From assembly GCA_044344255.1 (NCBI GenBank), contig JBIJDH010000042.1, positions 1-42,618 on the forward strand: a stretch of 42,618 nt of DNA. Reading direction: 5' to 3'. Below, in pieces: positions 21,507 to 29,056 of the stretch (within the stretch, counting starts at the first letter, position 1; each line of letters starts with the position of its first letter). The position numbers and the translations under genes were made by a program. The notes under the pieces are model-generated. The model worked only from the letters and a program-made list of their open reading frames with translations, had not been told where the DNA came from and ran no database searches. Source of the stretch: Myxococcota bacterium (GTDB taxonomy: Bacteria > Myxococcota_A > UBA796 > UBA2385).

Positions 21507-22220
21507 TCAGGCTCCATAAGAGGTTTCGTCGGGAGGGTGATGTACTGCGGGCGAGAGCTCGTTCCTGACCAGCCCCCCACGGGACCAGTGAGCGTCGATG
21601 GCCTGCGTGAATTCGGCCCGGACCAACTTGCCGCGGGCCTCGGTCCAGCCCGCGTCTTCGGTGCGGACGACCAGGCCCTCCATGGGCCCACCCCCGACTC
21701 GTGAAGAGCCCAGAAGTCCCCGTAGGGCGGGGAGGTCGAAGCGACCGGCGGCGAGCCGCGGCACGGGGTGCAGCTCGAGCGCGGCGAGTAGCGCGTCGCG
21801 TCGGGCCGTTTCCCAGAACCGACCCTCGGCGCGGTCGTAGACGTCGAAGCCCAAGAACCAGTCCGGCAGGCGGTCGTAGCGAATGCTGTGCATCGCGTGG
21901 CACCACTCGCCGAAGAGCATCAGGTCGGGCCACAGCGCGTCGACGAGGGCGTCGTGGTGCCTCGCGAGCCAGTCCCAAAGCGGCTTGAACTGCGGGTGCG
22001 CTGTCTCCCTGGCGAGGTAGCTCCCGCGGTTCTGAGCTCGCAACTCGCCGTCCTCGCTGACCGAGAGGCCCAGGTTCGCTCCATCCACCTTCTCTTCCAC
22101 CACGAGCGGTTGGGCCAGCATCTCCGTGACCTCGGCCGGGGCCAGCACCTTGTCGCCCCGTGGAGCACCGGCCCCGAGCCAGGCGAGGTGCGGGGTGTGG
22201 GGGAAGCGGAAGAAGTCCAT
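21507..22220 (-). CDS. ATP-dependent RNA ligase family nucleotidyltransferase
   Basis: ATG at 22220 in a TGATG overlap. FFRFPHTPHL, motif I EEKVDGAN, LFGEW, FLGFDVYD, EGLVVR, GKLVRAEF. Confidence 0.88.
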   Translation of the reverse strand: MDFFRFPHTPHLAWLGAGAPRGDKVLAPAEVTEMLAQPLVVEEKVDGANLGLSVSEDGELRAQNRGSYLARETAHPQFKPLWDWLARHHDALVDALWPDLMLFGEWCHAMHSIRYDRLPDWFLGFDVYDRAEGRFWETARRDALLAALELHPVPRLAAGRFDLPALRGLLGSSRVGGGPMEGLVVRTEDAGWTEARGKLVRAEFTQAIDAHWSRGGLVRNELSPAVHHPPDETSYGA

Positions 22221-22711
22221 CAGCGCGCCGCGTGGGTGGCGCGCAGCCATGCGTCCAGCAGTTGTTCGACGTGGATGCCCACGGCGGCACATCCATCGGC
22301 GACGTCAAGCCAGTCGGAGTCCGCACAGTTAACGATCGTAGTGGGACCTGGGGCGGCGAGAGCGGCGGCAGCGAATTTCCGATCGGAGTAATCGAGGGTG
22401 TCGAGATCCGCCGGGACAACCCCATGCCCATTCTGGTCTGTCTCGATCTCGACCCACTCGGCATCCGCCATCCGCTCGTGGATGATCTGGAGCCCGAGGT
22501 CCTGATCACCGAGCTTGTTCCGGTATTCGTTGTAGATCTCCATCGTCATGTCAAGGACGAGCTTTCTCGATTTGTCCGACTTGAATGCGACCAGCCAGTT
22601 TAGAACAGTCTCGCGGTGTTCAGGCGGCACGTGCGAGTCAGAGAACGGCGAAAAGGGATGAGCGGCCGAGGCGACCAGGAGCACGTTTGTGTCGATGACG
22701 TGATCAGGCAT
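22220..22711 (-). CDS. PIN-domain protein (putative RNase)
   Basis: N-terminal VIDTNVL, central EY, and DYSDRKF...DSDW supply the acidic PIN residues. Overlaps the upstream ATPase stop. Confidence 0.75.
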   Translation of the reverse strand: MPDHVIDTNVLLVASAAHPFSPFSDSHVPPEHRETVLNWLVAFKSDKSRKLVLDMTMEIYNEYRNKLGDQDLGLQIIHERMADAEWVEIETDQNGHGVVPADLDTLDYSDRKFAAAALAAPGPTTIVNCADSDWLDVADGCAAVGIHVEQLLDAWLRATHAAR

Positions 22712-24008
22712 TGGTCGGCCCTCCAGTACCCTTACCCTCCGACTTCATTCGTTCAATCATGGCCCGCATCTGTCGTTCGGTTTCACCGATGGCGTCGCCG
22801 AAGAAGTGTTTGGGCCAGTTCCTGATTCGGCCGAACCTGTCCATTTCCAGATGCCGGACGATGGCGGCGCCCGCCTCGTCGCGGTCGATGAAGTAGAGGC
22901 GAACGTGTTTGCCATCGACGGTCCCGTTCGCCACGAGGAGCTGGAGCCGCCGAAACAGGTGCTCCGAATGCGTCTCGATGAGGAATTGGGAACCTCGCTC
23001 TCGCGAGGCATTCACGAACAGGTCGGCGAGGTTTGCCTGAGCCAGTGGATGGAGGTGCATTTCCGGCTCTTCCAAGATCGCGGTGTTGGCCCGAGGGAGG
23101 AAATATGCCAGCGTGACCACAGGGAGCACCTGGGATACCCCAAATCCGACATCAAGTATGTTTGAAGTTACTCCTCCGCGACTGACAAGAACCTCGTGGA
23201 GAGGCGAGTTCCCGATCTGGTGCACTTCCAGCGAATCTAAGAGACCGATCTCGCGCATCCAACTGCTTACCTTTGCGACCAGATTGTCCTGATCGTTCTT
23301 TGTTGCGCTGGCAAGCAGCGCCTGAACGGCAAGCCGGCCGTCGTGTCCGAGGTTTCCGGGACGCTGTTGATTCCACTGTTCGAAACGCTTCGGCGGAGCA
23401 CGCAACGGACCGAGATAAGTGAGGGCACGAACTTGCCTTGCGACTATATTTGTAGCGTCGCTCAACGCCCGCTGAGTTGAGCCGACCGCAACCATCGCTT
23501 CGGGGGGAAGGAAAAGCGAACGCTGCGGCTCGAACGCTCGCGTTGACCGATCTCGTCCTTCGGGCGCCCCCGGCCAGTCGATCGTGTACCCACCCCGGCG
23601 CTGGCGTGTGACGGTCCACATGTCACTGGCCCCGCGCGTGATGCGGAGGGACTCGACCACGATGCGCTTATCAGTGTTCAACCTGTACAACACCTCCGCT
23701 GACGCATCAGCACCTCCGCGATGGACTGCGAGCGCGATGCCGAGCGACGCAGCATGATCGTGTAGGTGCACCGTGTCCTGGAACGTTCCGAGATGAAGCC
23801 CATCCGCCTCGGTGTTGCCGAGGTTCAGCTCCATTTCGGGATCGGAAGAAGCGACGGTCTGCTGCCAGAGTCTGAGGGGCTGCAGTAGGCTCGACTTCCC
23901 AGCCGAGTTCACGCCGAGAAAGAGGGTGATGGGCGCGAGCTCGATGCCAGTCTCCCAGAGCTGTTCGCCCCAGGCCTTGAAGTTTTTTATACGGAGCTTG
24001 GTAAACAT
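22704..24008 (-). CDS. ABC-type ATPase (AAA_15/AAA_21) with DUF3696-like C-terminus
   Basis: IKNFKA, Walker A GVNSAGKSS, signature DVGFGVSQ, Walker B LEEPEMHLHP, ETHSE, C-terminal WPKHFF. Confidence 0.9.
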   Translation of the reverse strand: MFTKLRIKNFKAWGEQLWETGIELAPITLFLGVNSAGKSSLLQPLRLWQQTVASSDPEMELNLGNTEADGLHLGTFQDTVHLHDHAASLGIALAVHRGGADASAEVLYRLNTDKRIVVESLRITRGASDMWTVTRQRRGGYTIDWPGAPEGRDRSTRAFEPQRSLFLPPEAMVAVGSTQRALSDATNIVARQVRALTYLGPLRAPPKRFEQWNQQRPGNLGHDGRLAVQALLASATKNDQDNLVAKVSSWMREIGLLDSLEVHQIGNSPLHEVLVSRGGVTSNILDVGFGVSQVLPVVTLAYFLPRANTAILEEPEMHLHPLAQANLADLFVNASRERGSQFLIETHSEHLFRRLQLLVANGTVDGKHVRLYFIDRDEAGAAIVRHLEMDRFGRIRNWPKHFFGDAIGETERQMRAMIERMKSEGKGTGGPTNA

Positions 24009-24015
24009 TTGGTCG

Positions 24016-24363
24016 TCCTATCTGGGGCGGATGAGAAGAGGGGGCCGAGGTCGCGGGCGGGAGGAGCAACAGTGGGTGCCGGAGGCGGAGGTGCGGCGAC
24101 GGTGCCCCCTCCCCGATCACCTTCGCATACCGCTCGCACTCCGTCTATGAGTCCTCCTGGGTCTGCGCGAGCTGCTCGTCGAGGAAGCGTTCGCCCGTCG
24201 GGCTTACAATGGGCTGCGGGGTGCGGGCGTGCTGGTCGTAGACGCCGTCATCTACGGAGCGGGTGACGACGCGGTGGGTGTCGGCGAGCGGGTAGACGTT
24301 GGGCGGGTCGAGGCAGAGCTCCACGAAGGCACGCCCGGTGAAGGCGATCGGGCTCAGATCCAC
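24016..24363 (-). repeat. Junction 2: degenerate chimera of the helicase 5' end and the MTase 3' end
   Basis: Translates as VDLSPIAFTGRAFVELCLDPPNVYPLADT-HRVV-TRSVDDGVYDQHARTPQPIVSPTGERFLDEQLAQTQEDS*. About 80% nt identity to the MTase end over a 91-nt block (hand count), with a W codon mutated to a stop. Confidence 0.85.
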
Positions 24364-25085
24364 GTCGTCACCCCATGTCTCTGGACCAGCGTCACGATGT
24401 TGGCGCCCAACACCGCGGGGCCTGCCGGGAGCTGGGACACCGCGACGAGCCACACGAGCACGGCGCCAAAGGGATGCTCGCAGGCGGCCGCGCGGATCTC
24501 CGCGGCCCACGCCGCGTCGGTTGGAGCGACACGATCGTAGAGATAGAGCGCCGCGATCAGGTCGATGAGGGCCTGACGGCGACCATGCGGGAGTCGCCGC
24601 GGCACCGTGTCGTCGTTCAGCTTGAACACTCGGATGGACTCGGCACCCTTTGGGCCGATCGGCGCGAACTCTCCCGTTTGTGAAACAAAGAGGAGGTGCG
24701 CGGAGGGGTCGTCCACCGATGGGTCGAGGAGGAGCGGCTGCCCGGTGGCGTCCACCGGAAATTCGTTTCGTTTGAGGTTGCTGTTGCAGTGGCTGCAAGC
24801 AAGCAGGTAGTTGGGCCACGAGAAGGCACGGCCGGGGTAGGTCGCCTTTGGCCAGAAGTGGTCGATGTCGGTGCCGAGGCTGTCTTCGCAGTACATGCAA
24901 CGCGCGCGGCCATGTGCCATCTGCCAAAGCGCCGAGCGGACCTCATCGAAGGCGGCCTCCGGCTTGGACTCCCAGCGGCTCTTCGCCTTCGCCTTCGGAT
25001 CGGTCGCACCGACGACCTGTTGGGTGATATTGGCGAGCGTGTCCAGGGTCGGCTGCGTCAATGCGGTTCGTTGAACGCTCCGCAT
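24354..25085 (-). CDS. ptuB: HNH endonuclease, Septu/retron PtuB-like
   Basis: RCMYCE..IDHFWPK..WPNYLLACSHCN..K..F, LLLDPSVDDP. TGATG-coupled to the upstream ATPase. Confidence 0.82.
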   Translation of the reverse strand: MRSVQRTALTQPTLDTLANITQQVVGATDPKAKAKSRWESKPEAAFDEVRSALWQMAHGRARCMYCEDSLGTDIDHFWPKATYPGRAFSWPNYLLACSHCNSNLKRNEFPVDATGQPLLLDPSVDDPSAHLLFVSQTGEFAPIGPKGAESIRVFKLNDDTVPRRLPHGRRQALIDLIAALYLYDRVAPTDAAWAAEIRAAACEHPFGAVLVWLVAVSQLPAGPAVLGANIVTLVQRHGVTTWI

Positions 25086-26407
25086 CAGGTGCCCACCACC
25101 AGCTCACGGAGCCGGCGGTCGGCGAGCTCGCCAAGGTCGGTCGGGAGCTGCGTCTTCATCTCCTGGTAGCGGACGACCTCGGCGGGGGAGGCTGTCCCGA
25201 GGAGGGCCTTCACCTCCAAGGCGGCCACCTCTGCTCGGAGGCGCTCCGAGCGGGCGGAGTGGGCGTGTTCCAGGCCGAAGAGCTCCGTGAGGACGGCGTC
25301 GTCGGCGCCCCCGTTCACAACGGCCTTGAAGAGGTCATCGGGTACGTGCTCCATCCTTCGATCTTCGCCCGGCGCGGGGAGGCGGATCAGGCCCCGGGGG
25401 CTGGCAGCCTGGCAGATGTAAGGGCTGTGGGTCGTCACGAGGAACTGGATGGCGGGGAAATGGGCGGTCAGCCAGGGGCCGATGCCCTGCTGCCAAGCGA
25501 CGTGCATGTGCGCATCGACCTCGTCAATGAGGACCACGCCCGGGAGCCGGCAGATCGTCCGGTTCGGCTCGCCTTCGAGGCCCAGTCTACCAAAGGTGTC
25601 CTGGAGGCGACGGATCAGGTCGACGACCAACGCCGTGACGGTCCGGTAGCCGTCGCTGACCTGCTCCAAGGGCATCTTCACCCCGTCCCGCTCGATCCAG
25701 AGGCCCTCGGAGTCCACCCCCCGCACGGAGCTTCCGTCGGGCAGCAGCCCGTCGTTGAGGACGCGGATCACGTCGTCTCGCAGCTCGGCCGCGCCGGGGC
25801 GCTCCTCGAGCGCGCGAAGGTGGATCCCCTTCAACCAGTCGACCGCGTCGGAAAGGGTTGCCGACTCGTTGAAGAGGTTGATGAGGCGGGCCATCACCGG
25901 GTCTGCCGAGAGCTTCACCACCTCAGTGGGTGGCGCGCCCAGGTGCCGGTAGGGCCCGTAGCCGGCGATGAACCATCCCATGGGCGCGTCGGCCCATGGG
26001 CCGTTGGCGCCCGACCTTGTGGCTTCGATCTTCTTGTCTTCCCAACGCGCCAATACGTCGGTGGCGTGCGGGGTCGCCTTCCACGTGAGGCCCACCCAGA
26101 AGGGATTGTTGGTCGGCCGACCGGCCTTGAACTGGTCATGGGACTGGTCACGCACCATGCGCGCTCGAAACACCGCATGTTCGGCGCCACGACAAACCCA
26201 GTCGGTGAAGACCCCGGCGAGGGAACGAGACGCGAGTGGCCCGATGGTGGCCAGGGCCAGCGCCTTCAGGAGGGTGCTCTTTCCAGCGCCGTTGCGCCCG
26301 GCGAACACAGTCCAGCCGGGGTAGGTGCCGTCGCCGCGGTCGAGGTCGATCGAATGTTCCCCTCGAAGGCTGCGCAGATTGGACGCTACGATTTCGGTGA
26401 TGTACAC
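25085..26407 (-). CDS. ptuA: ABC-type ATPase, Septu/retron PtuA-like
   Basis: GRNGAGKST, AGYGPYR, QVSDGY, VVLIDEVDAHMH..WQ, FPAIQFLVTTHSP. Confidence 0.85.
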   Translation of the reverse strand: MYITEIVASNLRSLRGEHSIDLDRGDGTYPGWTVFAGRNGAGKSTLLKALALATIGPLASRSLAGVFTDWVCRGAEHAVFRARMVRDQSHDQFKAGRPTNNPFWVGLTWKATPHATDVLARWEDKKIEATRSGANGPWADAPMGWFIAGYGPYRHLGAPPTEVVKLSADPVMARLINLFNESATLSDAVDWLKGIHLRALEERPGAAELRDDVIRVLNDGLLPDGSSVRGVDSEGLWIERDGVKMPLEQVSDGYRTVTALVVDLIRRLQDTFGRLGLEGEPNRTICRLPGVVLIDEVDAHMHVAWQQGIGPWLTAHFPAIQFLVTTHSPYICQAASPRGLIRLPAPGEDRRMEHVPDDLFKAVVNGGADDAVLTELFGLEHAHSARSERLRAEVAALEVKALLGTASPAEVVRYQEMKTQLPTDLGELADRRLRELVVGT

Positions 26408-26419
26408 AGTGCCTCGTTG

Positions 26420-26799
26420 ACGTAGGCCCTAACGCGGGCGGAACAGGGGGCTGAGGTCGCGGGCGGGAGGTAGCGGCAAGGGGGGCCGGAGGCGGAAGGG
26501 TTGGCCCCGGCACCCGCTCCACTATCGCCCTCGAATGCCGCTCGCACTCCGCCCACGACTCCTCCGGGGTCTGCGCGAGCTGCCAGTCGAGGAGGCGCTC
26601 GCCCATCGCCCCGGCGACGGGGTGCGGGGTGCGGGGTGCGGGGTGCGGGGTGCGGGGTGCGGGTGCGGTGGTCGTAGACGCCGACATCGACGGAGCGGGT
26701 GAGGCCGAGGTCGCTTCCAGCGTTCGGGTAGGTGTTCAGCCGGTATCGGAGGAAGTCCTCGATGACCCGCTCGGTGAAGGCGATGGGGTTCAGGGCCAT
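26420..26799 (-). repeat. Junction 1: chimera of the helicase 5' end and the MTase 3' end
   Basis: 26768-26798 is identical to 19653-19683 (31 bp, helicase start). 26671-26712 is identical to 29285-29326 (42 bp, MTase). 26535-26625 differs from 29177-29267 at about 4 of 91 nt. Confidence 0.95.
26619..26666 (+). repeat. Heptanucleotide tandem repeat (GGGGTGC)x6 plus a partial unit
   Basis: Read directly. The homologous sites in the MTase (GGGCTGC GGGGAGC) and in junction 2 have only two imperfect units. Confidence 0.95.
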
Positions 26800-26802
26800 G
26801 AA

Positions 26803-27636
26803 CTACTCTCCGTCCGTGTCGGGACCGAGGCGCAAGACGGTCAGCAGGCGGGCGAGCCCGGACTTCGGCCAGAGGCGCCGCAGGCGGGCCACTCGTTCCG
26901 GGATCGGAGTGTCCGCCAGTGTCGCGGACGGCAATCGCAAGCCTCGCGCGGCCGAGTGCGCGTCTTCCAGTAAGGCCAAGAGCTCCACTGCAGTCAGCAG
27001 GGAGCGCCGACTACCTCCAGCCCATTCCACCGGTGTCACTGAGCCCGCTGGGACCGGATCCGAGCACCACGAGGCCGGTCCGTCAGGTTTCTGGAAGGCG
27101 ATAAAGTGGCGTCCGGAGGCAAACTTCGGCGCATTTCGGATGTCGATTAGCCGCAGCCGCCCCAAATCCGGGGCATGCCAGACCTCATCAACCGAGAACA
27201 TCATGCCGCAGGCGTAGTAGACCTGCGCAGAAGGAATCGTTGCGAGCCTTAGGAGAAGGTCATGTTGGCTGAACAACGCGTTCTTACTCTTCTGGAGGCG
27301 GATCTCAGAGCGGAAGTATGGACGAGTAAACCCCTTGGGCAACAGACGGCTCCGACGGAGCATCTTGTCGACGGTCTTGAACTGGAGAAAGTAGGCTATG
27401 TAGATCTTCGGTTGTACACCAGAGAAGGACGCGAAGGACTCGATCTCAGCGAGGAGGTCCACTGTTGCAGGATCCGCGTGCACCCAGCCCTGATCGAAAC
27501 CCAGGAATGCCTCTTTGCCTGGGGCAGGTTTGAGCATCCGAACCGTCTTCGTCCCATGACGCTGAAGCATGAGATTCACGATTGCCGGATGAAAGTGCAT
27601 CTCCAGCAGGGTTTCGATGACGGGTTCCGGTTTCAT
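26803..27636 (-). CDS. Hypothetical protein, possible PD-(D/E)XK-type nuclease
   Basis: ATGA-coupled to the HEPN gene. EAFLGFD...YFLQFK resembles a D..QxK variant active site. Confidence 0.65.
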   Translation of the reverse strand: MKPEPVIETLLEMHFHPAIVNLMLQRHGTKTVRMLKPAPGKEAFLGFDQGWVHADPATVDLLAEIESFASFSGVQPKIYIAYFLQFKTVDKMLRRSRLLPKGFTRPYFRSEIRLQKSKNALFSQHDLLLRLATIPSAQVYYACGMMFSVDEVWHAPDLGRLRLIDIRNAPKFASGRHFIAFQKPDGPASWCSDPVPAGSVTPVEWAGGSRRSLLTAVELLALLEDAHSAARGLRLPSATLADTPIPERVARLRRLWPKSGLARLLTVLRLGPDTDGE

Positions 27637-29054
27637 GTTCGCCCCACGGGGCCATCATCGGGGACCCGAGCGTCGTCCGCGCCGACTTCGATCCACTTGT
27701 CAGGGCCTACGGCTTGCCCCGCGTCGATCGCGCTCGCCAGAAAGTCGACCAGTTTGCCCCAGCGTGTGACGTCGAAGTCAGCGGTCTTGGTCTTGCGCGC
27801 GCGCAGCGCGGCGAAGAGGACATCTTCAGCGAGGGAACGGGCTGCGGTGGCGACTTTTGGTTCGGGACTACGCCCCTCATGTACATATTTGCTACGGGCG
27901 TCGTAGACCGCCTTCGTAGCGGCGAACTCCACCGGCACTGTTGTGCCCCGACCCCGGTGCACAAGCAGCGCTACCCGCGTGGCTACCGTGCCGCCGATCC
28001 GCTCCGTCCCGCCCAAAAGTAGGTCGAGAGCGATGACGTAGTGCAAGAAACCCTCGGCACGGCGGCCTGCCGCCTCGTGCCTGCGCGCCTTCGCAATGAA
28101 CCTCAGAAACGAGGCGATCGACCGGTCCAGGGCAACCGACGGACGCCACGGATCAAATCCGAACTCGCGCGAGAGTCGTGCAAACGCCGCCATCATCGGT
28201 CTGTCGTGCTGCCGAACATCGATGGTCGGCCCTTCGTGCAGAGACGGTGCGACCAGGCCCAGCTTGTGCCGTCCGATACCTCGGATGTAGGAGATAGTCC
28301 GGCGCCCGTCGATGGTCCGTATCGCCTCGTCATCAAAGAAAGGCGTCCCGAGAGCGATTGCCGGATCCTGGACCTCCTCAAAGGCGTCCCAAAATCCAGC
28401 GAACAAAGCGTCGGACACAACGTGAAAGTAGTTCTCGATCAAGCCGTACACCAGCGAGACTCGAGGATCGCGATCCCGGAGGACGCCCTCGCTGAACTCG
28501 GCAGCGGGTAGGAACGGAACCGACACCGGCCCGCGCTCGATGACGAATTTCCCCTTCAGTTCGCCAGCGTACCGGGGGAAGAAGTCAGCGCGGTCCTGTT
28601 CTGACCACATCAAGAGCCGCGGTAGATCGATCTCACCGATGAAGAACTCGCGCATCCTGAGATCGAAGCCTGTGCGTGCTTGACCGGGGAATACGAAAAG
28701 CTGCGTGACCGCGGCGGGTGCGATCTGCTCGAGCCACTCGTTCAACACACGGACCCGGTTTCCCGAAGGATGAAGCGCGAGCAGCAGGCCCAGCACTGCG
28801 TAAACGACTTCGTTCCCGGATTCGTGCCCACGACGCCGCAGCTCATCTGCGACGCGACGTACGAACGCCTCGAAGCTGACAGGTTTGGTGTCTGAGTACC
28901 TGATGCGGAGCGCGGTGGCGACAGCCTTCCGCCCGTTCTCATCAACGAACGTATATTCGCCGCGGACTACAATCGAGGGCTCGTGAAGCTGGTCTGTAAG
29001 CGCGGCCCCGTCGAGGACTCGCCTGAAGTCGTCAGAGACCGGGATGGGCGGCAT
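27633..29054 (-). CDS. ApeA-like HEPN-domain protein (putative RNase)
   Basis: C-terminal FLHYVIALDLLL...ATRVALL...VYDARSKYVHEG carries the RxxxxH HEPN motif. Confidence 0.8.
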   Translation of the reverse strand: MPPIPVSDDFRRVLDGAALTDQLHEPSIVVRGEYTFVDENGRKAVATALRIRYSDTKPVSFEAFVRRVADELRRRGHESGNEVVYAVLGLLLALHPSGNRVRVLNEWLEQIAPAAVTQLFVFPGQARTGFDLRMREFFIGEIDLPRLLMWSEQDRADFFPRYAGELKGKFVIERGPVSVPFLPAAEFSEGVLRDRDPRVSLVYGLIENYFHVVSDALFAGFWDAFEEVQDPAIALGTPFFDDEAIRTIDGRRTISYIRGIGRHKLGLVAPSLHEGPTIDVRQHDRPMMAAFARLSREFGFDPWRPSVALDRSIASFLRFIAKARRHEAAGRRAEGFLHYVIALDLLLGGTERIGGTVATRVALLVHRGRGTTVPVEFAATKAVYDARSKYVHEGRSPEPKVATAARSLAEDVLFAALRARKTKTADFDVTRWGKLVDFLASAIDAGQAVGPDKWIEVGADDARVPDDGPVGRT

Positions 29055-29056
29055 TC

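Noticed and set aside
26386..26799. 137-aa ORF beginning like the helicase, as a real protein gene
   Set aside because: It is a chimera of two gene ends with a repeat-induced frameshift. Treated as a junction relic, although it may be translated as a leader.
24354..26800. Retron (Ec78-type) system
   Set aside because: A PtuAB-like pair is present, but there is no reverse transcriptase (no YADD motif) and the upstream DNA is explained by the junction.
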